DNA from: Candidatus Latescibacterota bacterium | Lineage (GTDB): Bacteria > Latescibacterota > UBA2968 > UBA8231 | DNA: 64,000 nucleotides | Direction of reading: 5' to 3' | NCBI GenBank assembly: GCA_965206595.1 | Contig: OZ242214.1 | Location: 2,400,001-2,464,000, forward strand | Shown here: one piece after another, positions 1-9,803 of the stretch | Layout: every line of letters begins with the position of its first letter | Numbering within the stretch: the stretch's first letter is position 1 | Notes under the pieces: generated by a model | Told to the model about the DNA's origin: nothing | Seen by the model: the letters and a program-made list of their open reading frames with translations, nothing else | Databases searched by the model: none | Translations under genes and position numbers: made by a program

Positions 1-1087
1 GGCGGATGTTGCCCGGCCAGGGCAGGGCCTGCAGCCAGCCGAGGGCGGCGGCCTCGATCTCCAGGTCGCGGCGGTATACATGGGCGGCTCCCAGAGCGAA
101 GTGGCGCGCCAGCTGCGGTATGTCCCCCGGCCTCTGGCGCAGGGGTGGCAGGTGCAGGACGATGAGGTTGAGGCGGTAGAGCAGGTCCTCGCGGAAGGCC
201 CCCGACTCGACCAGCTCCAGCAGGTTGCGGTTGGTCGCCGAGATCACCCGCACGTCGACGGAACGGGTCCTGCTCGACCCCAGCACTTCGTAGGTGCGGT
301 CCTGCAGCACGCGCAGGAGCTTGACCTGGCAGCCCGGGGCGAGGTCGCCGATCTCGTCGAGGAAAATGGTCCCTCCGTCGGCCAGGGCGAAGCGGCCGGC
401 GCGATCCTGCCGCGCGTCGGTGAAGGCCCCCCTGACGTGCCCGAACATCTCGCTTTCGAACAGGGTCGTGGAGATGCCGCCGAGGTTGACCTTGACGAAC
501 GGCTGCTCGCCGCGGCTGCTGTTGCGGTAGAGGGCCTGGGCGATCTCGTCCTTTCCGGTGCCGCTCTCCCCAGTGATCAGCACCGATGCCTCGGTGGGGG
601 CGACGCGGCGGACGGCCTCGAGCAGCTTGAGGAGCTCGGGGTCGGAGCCGATGATGTTGGTGAAGTCCCCCCGGCGGTCCAGCTCCTCGCGGGTCACGGT
701 TTTGGTCGCCGGTGTTGCCGCGGCGAGGCCGAGGGCGGTCTTCACCGCCTGCTGGATCTGGCTGTTGTTCCAGGGCTTGGTGACGAAGTCCGCGGCCCCG
801 GCCTTGATCCCCTGCACCGCCAGCTCGATGGAGCCCCAGGCGGTAATCAGGATGACCGGCAGGCGCGGCCACCGCTGCTTGATCTCCCGCAGCAGCTCCA
901 TCCCCTCCTCGCCGCTAGTCCTGCGCGAGAAGTTCATGTCCTGCAGGACCAGCTCGCACGGACCGCGAGCCAGCGATTCGAGGGCCTCCTGCGGAGAGGC
1001 CGCGGTCGCTGTCCGGTACCCCGCCTGCTTGAGCAGCAGGGACAGGGATGCAGTCACCGAGCTGTCGTCGTCCACTACCAGGATCAT
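1..1087 (-). CDS. Sigma-54-dependent response regulator (NtrC family), 3' end outside window
   Basis: Manual translation: MILVVDDD receiver, VLITGESGTGKD Walker A, ESEMFGHVRGAFTDA loop, FLDEIG Walker B, QVKLLRVLQ, WPGNIR. Absent from the ORF track because its stop is off-window. Confidence 0.93.
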   Translation of the reverse strand, partial: MILVVDDDSSVTASLSLLLKQAGYRTATAASPQEALESLARGPCELVLQDMNFSRRTSGEEGMELLREIKQRWPRLPVILITAWGSIELAVQGIKAGAADFVTKPWNNSQIQQAVKTALGLAAATPATKTVTREELDRRGDFTNIIGSDPELLKLLEAVRRVAPTEASVLITGESGTGKDEIAQALYRNSSRGEQPFVKVNLGGISTTLFESEMFGHVRGAFTDARQDRAGRFALADGGTIFLDEIGDLAPGCQVKLLRVLQDRTYEVLGSSRTRSVDVRVISATNRNLLELVESGAFREDLLYRLNLIVLHLPPLRQRPGDIPQLARHFALGAAHVYRRDLEIEAAALGWLQALPWPGNIR

Positions 1088-1176
1088 CGCGGGATGTCCT
1101 TTATCGGGAAGATCGAATCTACCGGAACAGTTCGCGCCTGGAGGCTCGGCAGGAATTGGACTTGCTCCCAGGCGGA

Positions 1177-1491
1177 CTATCCGGCTGCCCTTCGCAATCC
1201 CTTCCAGGGCTCGATTTTCGCCAGGTCCGCGGCGAGGATCTCTTCCGCCACTTCGGTGTCATAAGCAGCCTGCGCTCTCAGCCAATACCCCTTGGAAAGA
1301 CCGAAAAAGCGGCACAAGCGCAGGTCCGTGTCGGCGGTTATGGTCCGCTTGCCGGACACGATCTCACTGATGCGCTGGGCGGGAACATCTATTTCCTTGG
1401 CGAGGCGGTACTGCGAGAGCCCCATGGGCAACAAGAACTCCTCTCGCAACAGTTCCCCGGGGGTCACAGGTTTGAGCTTGGGCATTTCCAT
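1177..1491 (-). CDS. higA: HigA-family antitoxin (HTH)
   Basis: PVTPGELLREEFL..MGLSQYRLAKEI..PAQRISEIVSGKRTITADTDLRL..YWLRAQAAYD. Confidence 0.9.
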   Translation of the reverse strand: MEMPKLKPVTPGELLREEFLLPMGLSQYRLAKEIDVPAQRISEIVSGKRTITADTDLRLCRFFGLSKGYWLRAQAAYDTEVAEEILAADLAKIEPWKGLRRAAG

Positions 1492-1494
1492 CTC

Positions 1495-1605
1495 CTAATG
1501 GTAGTCGACGATCTCGACATCTGCCGCCCCGGCAGCCGTCCATCGGAAGTACAACCGAAACTGGTCGTTCAGCCGGATGCTGTACTGCCCGGCCCGATAC
1601 CCGAC
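1495..1605 (-). pseudogene. higB: C-terminal remnant of HigB/RelE toxin
   Basis: Translates VGYRAGQYSIRLNDQFRLYFRWTAAGAADVEIVDYH*, the HigB C-terminal consensus. No start codon; begins directly after the permease stop. Confidence 0.85.
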
Positions 1606-2880
1606 TCAGTCGTGATGCAACGCCTCGGCCGGGCGCACGCGCGCCGCCAGCCAACTGGGGTATAGCCCGCACAGAATCACAAGCAGATAGAGCACCACGG
1701 CACCCGCGGCCAGGCCGGCGACGAGGACATGAGTCGGTATCCAGCTGTCCAGCAGCAATTGTGGCAGATCAAATTGGAGGATGGGCACGCAGCCCAGGAC
1801 GATGGCCGTAGTCGCCAGCACGGCCAGCTCGCCGAGGAAGAGGCCGTAGACGTTGCCGGCGGCGGCCCCCACCGCCCGGCGGACCCCGATCTCCCGGGTG
1901 CGGCGGCGCACGTTCTGCCACATTATTCCGGTCAGACCCAGGGTCACCATGAGCATCAGCAGGCTGGTGAGCAGGGCGGTATTTTTCAGATTCCCGACCT
2001 GCCGGGCTTGGTTACTGTCCTGCATCTCCGCAAGAGAGCGCACGTTGAAGCGTATGGCCTGATCCGCCGGAACGACCGCCCGAACTTTACTTCTGAGCTT
2101 TTCGCCAAAGTCAGGTCCGGTCCCCAAGGGGGTTTTTGCGAGTAGATGGACGCCGGTGTGTGACTCGAGCGTATTGACATTCGCGTTGGAAAAAAAGAAA
2201 AAGAGCGTACCCGGCACCTCCTTCTGTGAGGACCCGTACTTTCCGTAATAGAAACAATTTTCCACGACGCCCACTACGAGTAACTTGGTGAACCGAAAAT
2301 GAAACATCATGTTTATGTAACGATACCTATCCTGTCCGGACTTCTGTCTTAATTCATCCGCGTCGATGATCTTTCCCAGCGGGTCCTGGTCGCCAAAGAG
2401 GACGCGGCTGAGCCTCAGGTCTATGACGACCGGATGCCGGTTCCCCGAGAGGGCCTCGTCCTCCGGCTCGAACCAGCGCCCGCTGTGCATCCGCAGCCCC
2501 AGCGTTTCCAACCCCTCCCTGGAGATGTAGACCGCGGTAATCCCGTTCCACACGCCGGGACTTCCGAACGGCGACTGCTCCGCAAGTGCGACGGATTCGA
2601 CCGGACCGAGTGCCTCAATTTCTCGCCAGACCAGTTTGACAGTGTGCCCCAAGGCGGACGACTGCTCTTCGCCTGGATCCGGCTTCCAATCGTGCCTGCC
2701 CAGGTTGACCGCCCACACATCCTCGTACTCGAAACCCAGCCGCTCCAGACTTTCGACGGCCCACAACACCCAGCCGACGCCCATGAGGGCAACGATCAAA
2801 AACACCAGGGTCAGTTCGCCGACCAGCAACAGGTTGGTCCGCCGCCGGTTCCACGCCAGGCGGCACAGGTGGAGGATCAT
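1606..2880 (-). CDS. MacB/FtsX-like ABC transporter permease
   Basis: N-terminal TM helix (start MILHLCRLAW), periplasmic domain, RRRTREIGVRRAVGA motif, C-terminal YPSWLAARVRPAEALHHD. Confidence 0.9.
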   Translation of the reverse strand: MILHLCRLAWNRRRTNLLLVGELTLVFLIVALMGVGWVLWAVESLERLGFEYEDVWAVNLGRHDWKPDPGEEQSSALGHTVKLVWREIEALGPVESVALAEQSPFGSPGVWNGITAVYISREGLETLGLRMHSGRWFEPEDEALSGNRHPVVIDLRLSRVLFGDQDPLGKIIDADELRQKSGQDRYRYINMMFHFRFTKLLVVGVVENCFYYGKYGSSQKEVPGTLFFFFSNANVNTLESHTGVHLLAKTPLGTGPDFGEKLRSKVRAVVPADQAIRFNVRSLAEMQDSNQARQVGNLKNTALLTSLLMLMVTLGLTGIMWQNVRRRTREIGVRRAVGAAAGNVYGLFLGELAVLATTAIVLGCVPILQFDLPQLLLDSWIPTHVLVAGLAAGAVVLYLLVILCGLYPSWLAARVRPAEALHHD

Positions 2881-3041
2881 ATTCTCTTCCCGGTCAGGGC
2901 CTGCACGGGGTGCAGGCGCGCCATTTTCCAGGCCGGGTAGGCGCCGGACAGCGCGCCGAAAAGCACGGCGCACAGGGTGCCGTAAGCGAAGGTGCGAAGC
3001 AGGAGCAGGATGTTGAGGGCTCCCGGTTCGAGGTATGTCAA

Positions 3042-4901
3042 CCTTTGTTATTCATTCAACCCGCGCATAAGCGGACATAGGCGCTTCCGAGACCCCTTTG
3101 CTTAGCCTCAGAGGCTTGCGTCCCTTCTATAGTCGGCTTTTTGGGTAGAGCCGTCTCCTTATCTCTACCGACCTTGTTGAAATTGTACGCGCCTTCTCGA
3201 AGACGCTTGCCTTTGCGAGCCCATCATCCCGACCGACCCGGCCTGCGCTTACGCCATCGCCGCGTCCACCGGTTTGAGCGTGGCCAGAAATCTCCACAGA
3301 CGATCCCAGGCAGCCGCCGTCCCTTGGGTCAGGATGACGCCCACCCTGCGCCCATGCAAGGTGACGCGGGACGGCAGGCGCAGGTAGCGCCGTCGAAAAC
3401 TGTCCAGGCTCAGGGCCGTCGTCGAGCGTCCGTATGTGCGGGGCCGCCCGCGTCGGGCCTCGGCGCGTTCGGCGGCCTGGCGGCCCAGGTGAAGCAGGTT
3501 GTAGGCCAGCAGGTTCAAGGTCAGAAGCGCCTGGTTGGCAGCGAAGGCATCCCGGGACGGGGTGCGCTGACGCGGCTCTCGACCCCGGTAGTGTTGCTTG
3601 CGACGGGTGGTAGAGGAGAGCTGAGGCTGGAGGGTGGAGCTCAACTCGCCGAGCATGCGCTCGAAAAGGCCGCGCTGACGATAAAAGGCGACCAGGTCGC
3701 GGCCGCTCATCGTCTGGGGACTCTGGTCGGTGATCAGGAAGAAGTGGCGGGCGATGGGCAGCTCTTCCGTCTCGGAAGGGACCAGGACCAACACCACCCG
3801 CCGGGGCTGCGCCCAGGACCTGGCTTGATAGCGCAGCTCGCGACAGCGAAAACCCTCTTCCCGCAGCTCTTCCGGGTGCTGCGCCAGCTCCTGCTGATAG
3901 CCTTCCACCCAGGCACGAGCCAGCTCCTCCAGGCGCGCATTCTTCTTGATGCGCGCCACGTACGAGGTGTCGGCCCGCGCTTCCAGCTCACTCAGGAAAG
4001 ACCCGCTCACCGAGGCCGCGTCGAAGCGCAGGATGAGGCGCCGGGCCAGATGCGACTGAATCCAGTCCAAGCGCTTGCCGAGAGCCTCTGAGGCGCCCTC
4101 ATGGGCGTGCACGTTGCCCGGCCGCAGCACGGCACCGAAGAAATCGCCCGTCTGCGCCGAGCCGAGGAGCAGGGGATGGTACCCCGAGGCGTGGAAGTAG
4201 CCGTTGTATTCGACCCCCGCCTGGTGCCCGTGCGCCGGCATCGGCAGGGCATCCATGTCGACGGCCAACTCCTCGTATTTCATCCGTCCTTCCAGCAGCC
4301 GGCAACGAGACCGGGCGCTGCGCAGGACGGCTTCCTCCAACACCTCGCGGTTATAGGCAGTCGAGGCTTGCTCGAGCAGGCGCGACAGCGTCGGCTGACT
4401 GGCCAGTCCCTGCGGCCGGTCTTCGTCGCCGCTGCGCAACGGCGCCTGCCCTTTGCGATCGCTGACCGCCAGACGCAGGATCGGATCTTGGCGCAACGCG
4501 TCGGCGTCGGCGGCGTGGGTCCAGCCCTGTGCCAGCAGCACGATCTGTGTGCGCAGCAGCTCCGGCAGCGGGTGCGTGATCTGGTCTTGGGTACGGAGAT
4601 CCTCGAAGTGGGCGTCGACCCAATCCAGAACCCGGCTGTGTTCGAGCAGTTGACGCAACATCAGCGCACCGGTGTCGCTGCCAAGGTGGGTGGGGCGGGC
4701 TTCGATGTGGATGGAGCGGTTGAAAGACGGCTGAATCGGCCCGGCTTGCTCGGACTCGGTGTGTGACGGTAATTCACCCATTGGGTGTCCTACTGTGTGA
4801 TGGGTTCAAAGGGCGATACTGCCTTGTGTTTCCCTCTGAAATCTAAGCATGGGAGGCACCCAGTACAGCCCTCTCCACTAAAATTCCATGAATAACAAGG
4901 G
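3042..4901 (-). mobile_element. IS1380-family insertion sequence
   Basis: Terminal IRs CCTTTGTTATTCAT (3042-3055) and ATGAATAACAAGGG (4888-4901), 13/14 match; no target duplication seen. Confidence 0.85.
3249..4781 (-). CDS. IS1380-family DDE transposase
   Basis: SDTGALMLR, LASQPTLSRLL, VDMD..HGHQAGVEYNGYF..YHPL, LRPGNVH, FYRQRGLFE. Confidence 0.93.
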   Translation of the reverse strand: MGELPSHTESEQAGPIQPSFNRSIHIEARPTHLGSDTGALMLRQLLEHSRVLDWVDAHFEDLRTQDQITHPLPELLRTQIVLLAQGWTHAADADALRQDPILRLAVSDRKGQAPLRSGDEDRPQGLASQPTLSRLLEQASTAYNREVLEEAVLRSARSRCRLLEGRMKYEELAVDMDALPMPAHGHQAGVEYNGYFHASGYHPLLLGSAQTGDFFGAVLRPGNVHAHEGASEALGKRLDWIQSHLARRLILRFDAASVSGSFLSELEARADTSYVARIKKNARLEELARAWVEGYQQELAQHPEELREEGFRCRELRYQARSWAQPRRVVLVLVPSETEELPIARHFFLITDQSPQTMSGRDLVAFYRQRGLFERMLGELSSTLQPQLSSTTRRKQHYRGREPRQRTPSRDAFAANQALLTLNLLAYNLLHLGRQAAERAEARRGRPRTYGRSTTALSLDSFRRRYLRLPSRVTLHGRRVGVILTQGTAAAWDRLWRFLATLKPVDAAMA

Positions 4902-6321
4902 CTTAGAGCAGCTCACCTATCTGATCTTCCTCAAGATGGCCGATGAATACGCCAAACCACCGTACAACCGCGATGTCGGCATCCCAGCCGAATTCAACTG
5001 GCAGAGCCTGAAATCGAAGAACGGTGCGGAACTCGAAAACCACTACTTAGCCTTGCTTCGCGCGCTTGGTACCAAGACGGACATGCTGGGCCAGATCTTT
5101 ACCAAAGCCCAGAACAAGATCCAAGACCCGGCGAAACTGTATCGTCTCATCGACATGGTGGACGACACCGAATGGGTGAGAATGGGTGCCGACGTAAAAG
5201 GAGATATTTACGAAGGACTTCTTGAGAAGAACGCCGAAGACCGGCGTACCAAGTCAGGCGCGGGCCAGTATTTCACGCCGCGCGCCCTCATCCGTGCCAT
5301 GGTAGAATGCGTACGGCCCGAGCCTGGCGCACTCATCGCCGACCCGGCCTGCGGTACCGGCGGTTTCTTTCTCGCCGCCTACGACTTCATCACCAATCCA
5401 GACAACTTCAACCTGGACAGGAATCAGAAGGCATTCCTGAAGCACGAGGCGTTTCACGGCAACGAGATCGTCGCCAATACACGCCGTCTGTGCCTGATGA
5501 ACATGTTCCTGCACAACATCGGCGAGATCGACAGCGGCGTGTCCATATCACCCAATGACTCGCTGGTGGCCGATGGCGGAGAGCGCTTTGATTATGTCCT
5601 CGCAAATCCGCCCTTCGGCAAGAAAAGCTCCATGAGCTTCACAAACGAGGAGGGCGAACAGGAGAAAGACGACCTCACCTACAACCGGCAGGACTTCTGG
5701 GCGACGACCTCGAACAAGCAACTCAACTTCGTGCAGCACATCCGCACGATGCTCAAGACCACTGGCCGTGCTGCCGTAGTCGTTCCCGACAACGTGCTGT
5801 TTGAAGGCGGTGCCGGTGAGACGATCCGCAAGAAGCTGCTGGACAACACCGACCTGCACACCATCCTGCGCTTGCCGACCGGCGTGTTCTACGCGCAAGG
5901 CGTCAAGGCCAATGTGATCTTCTTCGACAATCACGAGGCCAGCCCGAATCCCTGGACGAAGCAGGTCTGGTACTACGACTACCGCACCAACATTCACCAC
6001 ACTCTGAAGAAGAACCCGATGCGCTTCGAGGATCTGTCGGACTTCATCAACTGCTATAACCCGCAGAACCGGTATCAGCGCAAGGCGACTTGGGACGAAA
6101 ACGACGCACCGGAAGGCCGTTGGCGCAGTTACAGCTACGAAGAAATCAGCGCACGCGACAAGACCAGTCTCGACATCTTCTGGCTCAAGGACAAAAACCT
6201 GACGGACTTGGACAACCTGCCAGATCCCGACGACCTCGCCGAAGAGATCATCGAGAACATAGAGGCAGGTCTCAACAGCTTCCGCGAGGTGCTCGCAGGT
6301 TTGCGGGTGGTAGGTTCTTGA
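4888..6321 (+). CDS. hsdM: Type I R-M methyltransferase subunit M, native N-terminus replaced by IS end
   Basis: LEQLTYLIFLKMADE, GQYFTPR, DPACGTGGF, NPPF; ATG and first 4-5 codons lie within the IS1380 IR; no hsdS/hsdR nearby. Confidence 0.9.
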   Translation: MNNKGLEQLTYLIFLKMADEYAKPPYNRDVGIPAEFNWQSLKSKNGAELENHYLALLRALGTKTDMLGQIFTKAQNKIQDPAKLYRLIDMVDDTEWVRMGADVKGDIYEGLLEKNAEDRRTKSGAGQYFTPRALIRAMVECVRPEPGALIADPACGTGGFFLAAYDFITNPDNFNLDRNQKAFLKHEAFHGNEIVANTRRLCLMNMFLHNIGEIDSGVSISPNDSLVADGGERFDYVLANPPFGKKSSMSFTNEEGEQEKDDLTYNRQDFWATTSNKQLNFVQHIRTMLKTTGRAAVVVPDNVLFEGGAGETIRKKLLDNTDLHTILRLPTGVFYAQGVKANVIFFDNHEASPNPWTKQVWYYDYRTNIHHTLKKNPMRFEDLSDFINCYNPQNRYQRKATWDENDAPEGRWRSYSYEEISARDKTSLDIFWLKDKNLTDLDNLPDPDDLAEEIIENIEAGLNSFREVLAGLRVVGS

Positions 6322-6842
6322 ACGTACTAACCGGGTACCTCGAACCACGTTGCGCGTACGGGTAGAGCCCTACGGCCTCGTCGGTTAACCGGCATGTCGC
6401 TGTGCGCCAAGGCCAAGCCTGTCGCGCCTGATTCATGAGGGGAACAGCCAGCGCCACAGTTCTCAGATTTACGTGCCCCACCTGCTGCGCTACACCGACC
6501 AAGCCGACATCGTCGCCGGCTTTATTGCCCTCGTGCCGTTCATGGCGGTCGCGTCCCTCCAAGACGTCGACATGCGGGGGGCCGCGGCCGACGATTTTGT
6601 CCTCGCGGTCGCGCCAGCATTTCGAGCTGGGCACATGAGGCCGGATGGTCATAAGGGGATTCCTTGGGAGGGGCCGCCATCGCGACTTGCTGGTCGGAAA
6701 TCGAGGGCAATGTGTCCGTCTGCCCGGGGCGGGGTCGAATTGTGGAGAGCACTGACAGGGCCTTCAGACGGCTTTCTTTGCGGACCTTCCCCCGTGGGGA
6801 GAGGTAATTCGCTGGCCCAGTAACAGGAACGAGAGATGTTCT

Positions 6843-8389
6843 ATGGCGAACTCTGAACACATACAGTGGCTGCTCGAGGGCGTGGGCGCGTGGAATGAAC
6901 GACGCAAACGCGAGCACTTTAAGCCCGACCTGCGAGGGGCCCATATTCCAGGAGAGTTCGGAGAGGGCGGCTTGGATGAGAGCGCAGAGCCAGAAATCCG
7001 GCGAATGGTCTTCCGAACAGAAGACGCTGGCGTCGATCTTTCGGGCATCGATCTGAGTGAGGCTGAACTTCAAGATGCAATTCTCACGAATGTCAATCTC
7101 TCCAACGCAAATCTTCGGGGCGCTGACCTCAAGGGATGCGACTTCGACGGAGCCATCCTCAATGAGGCGGACCTTGATTTCGCGGACCTCCGCCGCTGCA
7201 CGTTCCATAGCGGGAGACTTCAAGGCGCGAAAATGTTTGGCGGAAACCGGGTATCTGGCAGCCATAACAGCATCTCGCTGTGCCATGCGGAGTTTTCGGG
7301 GCAGATCTCAGGGGAGCGATTCTCGCCAATCGTGAACTTTCTGGTGCCGACCTTCGTTACGCAAAGCTCGAAGGCACGAATTTATTTCGTACTCAGCCTT
7401 GGAAAGCGATTCTTTTTTCAGGAGGAAATGCTGACGAAGGAACTTCGACCGGCGTTAGGTCTGGCGAGACAATAGAGAGTGTCCGGTGCGTGCTCCAAGA
7501 GTGTTCCAATATCAGATACGACTTTCCTGATCGCGTCCTGTATTTTCGCGGCGAAGCTAAGGTGTTCCCCGAACTGCGTCCCTCGCTAATGCGAAAGAAG
7601 AATGGAACATTCATGCATCTCAAGTCGGAAGCCGAAATGATGGTCGACCTGATGTCACGTCGGCCAGTGGAATTTGACAATCTGAAGTCAGCGCTGGCAC
7701 AATGGGTCCTTGCGCAGCACCACAGGCTCCCGACCCGGCTACTCGACATCACCCAAAACCCCCTCGTTGCTTTGTTCCACGCCTGCCAAGAACCGAAAGA
7801 AGGTTCCGGCGAAGGGCCCGGACGCTTGCATGTCTTCGCGGTGCCAGAGGACCTGATAAAACCGTTCAACAGCGACTCGATTAGCGTCATTGCCAATTTT
7901 GCTAAGCTCTCATTCAAGGAACAAAAGCGGCTGCTTGGGAAGAGGAAGGAGGATACTCCGGATGACGTTGATCCGGGTGGCCCCGAATGGGCAGGCGCTT
8001 ATGAGCAGGCCATGGGCCGCCTCTATCACTTCATCCGTCAGGAGAAGCCGCACTTCCAAGAGAAAATCAACCCCAGAGATCTCTTTCACGTCTTCGTCGT
8101 TGAACCCCAGAGATCATTCGAGCGCATCCGGGCACAATCAGGGGCTTTTCTCATTTCGGCGTTTCATGACCGATTCGAACGCAGTGAGATTCTAAAGCAA
8201 AACATCGGCATTCCGGTGTACGATCATTATACTCTGGAAGTGTCGGAAGAAAAGAAACCATGCATTTTAGATGAACTACGCTTGGTGAACATCACTCCCG
8301 AGACCCTTTTTCCTGGTCTCGACGAAGCGGCGAAAGCAGTAACGCAACGTCATTCTGAACAACCTGCACAGGGAGCCGCGGAAGGGTGA
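6843..8389 (+). pseudogene. Pentapeptide-repeat + FRG-domain protein, split by a 1-nt frameshift
   Basis: Pentapeptide repeats continue across ORFs 6843-7475 and 7280-8389. Adding one G to the G4 run at 7298-7301 gives CHAEFSGADLRGAIL. FRG motifs LYFRGE, LRPSL, AQHHRLPTRLLDIT.NPLVALFHAC, RIRAQSGAF. Confidence 0.8.
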
Positions 8390-8692
8390 AGAAGCCGGAC
8401 AACAGACCCGAACGCTTCTCGAAGTAGTACGCGGTTTTTCGGTCAATTGCCTCCCCGTTGAGCGGGTAGCATGCAGACACAGGAGGTTCTGGAGTGTTTG
8501 TCCACGAAGAGTCAGAACTCCCACTACCATCAGCAGTCTGGCTGCTCTTGAGCCGTGGTATTGATTTGCTTCGTCGAGAGGCAGATAAGCGCATGTCTTG
8601 AGCTTGTCAGGGTCAGGCAATCCTGTTTTCGGCTGTCGTCGCAAGATTGAGCCGTTAACGCAGATGCCCAGCTCCGACGTTCGCACGCCTTC

Positions 8693-9724
8693 TTACGCCC
8701 GCAGGCTCTCCTCCGGCACTTCCACGATCTCCCACAGGCACTGCTTGAACACCCCGGGGTCCCCCCAGACCCCGTCGTCCAAGCGGTTGCTGAAGGCGAG
8801 CTTCGGGGCCCCGGGCTCGAACGGCGTCCACAGGGGGCACATGTCCGCGGCCCCGTGCTGGGGCCGGTCGCTCGTTGTCGCCAGCACCTCGTCGTTCACC
8901 AGCTCCCAGTGCAGGGGGTCCTTCCCGCGGAAGTGCCCGTAGCGCCGCGGTTTGGCGTCCCCGGGAAGGCTGTACTGCAGGGCGAACATCTGCCACTCGC
9001 CGCCGGCGCGGAACACGCGGGGGGACTCCACCCCGCGGTCGGTGCGCAGTATCGGCTCGGGGTGGATGCGGTAGGGTCCCTCAGGCCGGTCGATTGGAGT
9101 GCGGGCTACTCCGAAAACGCGGTTGGCGTGGGTCTGGCCCGGGCCTATCCCCTTGAAGAACAGCAGCACCTCCTCGTCGGTGACCACGGCGTTGGGATCG
9201 TCGTGGCGGATCGAACGCCAGCCGGCATCGTAGTCGGTGACCGGCCCCCTCTTCTCGAACGGCCCCGCGGGAGCCCCGTTTTCGTCCGCAGGCGCGACGG
9301 CAAGGTGAATGAGGCCGGGCAGGTCCTCCCGGTTGGTGGTGCGCGCGAACGGCCTGGCGGGGTTGGCCGGCCCCTTGCCGGCGTAGAACAGCAGCACCTT
9401 TCCGGCGGCCACCGCGACCCCGGGACTTGCCACCCCGATGCAGTCTCTGTCCGAGCGCGCGACGTCCCCCCGCCAGCGGCCCCGGGTGAGGGCGAAGCCG
9501 TGATCCTCCCAACTCTCGAAATCGGTTGTGGTGAGGTAGCGGGGCTCGGCTTCCCACGAATCGAGGGGATCGTCGAAAGCGGTCTCCCTGCGCGGGTCGT
9601 AAGCGTCGGTGAACAGGTGGACGGTACCGGCGCGGTCCCGGTAGGCCGCCACCATGCGGGTGCACAGCGGAGCGAGGCTGAGAACGGGCAGGTCCCGCGC
9701 CGGTTCGAAGCGATAGCTGTTCAT
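8693..9724 (-). CDS. Beta-propeller glycoside hydrolase-like protein (GH43/32/117-like)
   Basis: ASPGV, LFYAG, HDDPNAV, ESPRVF propeller-type motifs. Confidence 0.6.
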   Translation of the reverse strand: MNSYRFEPARDLPVLSLAPLCTRMVAAYRDRAGTVHLFTDAYDPRRETAFDDPLDSWEAEPRYLTTTDFESWEDHGFALTRGRWRGDVARSDRDCIGVASPGVAVAAGKVLLFYAGKGPANPARPFARTTNREDLPGLIHLAVAPADENGAPAGPFEKRGPVTDYDAGWRSIRHDDPNAVVTDEEVLLFFKGIGPGQTHANRVFGVARTPIDRPEGPYRIHPEPILRTDRGVESPRVFRAGGEWQMFALQYSLPGDAKPRRYGHFRGKDPLHWELVNDEVLATTSDRPQHGAADMCPLWTPFEPGAPKLAFSNRLDDGVWGDPGVFKQCLWEIVEVPEESLRA

Positions 9725-9803
9725 CTCATCCTTCCTTGAACTGGATCTCCCTGCGGCCTCGGCAGGGTGCAGACAGGCAGGACCCGGCTTAGGTTATGCC
9801 GCC

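Noticed and set aside
400-450. GAFTDA instead of GAFTGA in the enhancer-binding protein
   Set aside because: A known variant in regulators linked to ABC permeases; not novel.
80-1370. Long + strand ORFs of 394 and 270 aa, and many similar overlapping ORFs across the window (e.g. 10756-13371, 15933-17654, 49967-52117, 52105-54060)
   Set aside because: Antisense or alternate-frame shadows of real genes in high-GC DNA; Arg/Pro/Gly-rich or motif-less.
6322-6842. Possible hsdS or other gene after hsdM
   Set aside because: No recognisable motif in any frame; at most a remnant.
8390-8690. Lower-GC minus-strand ORF fragments
   Set aside because: No convincing start or family motif; cannot be supported as a gene.
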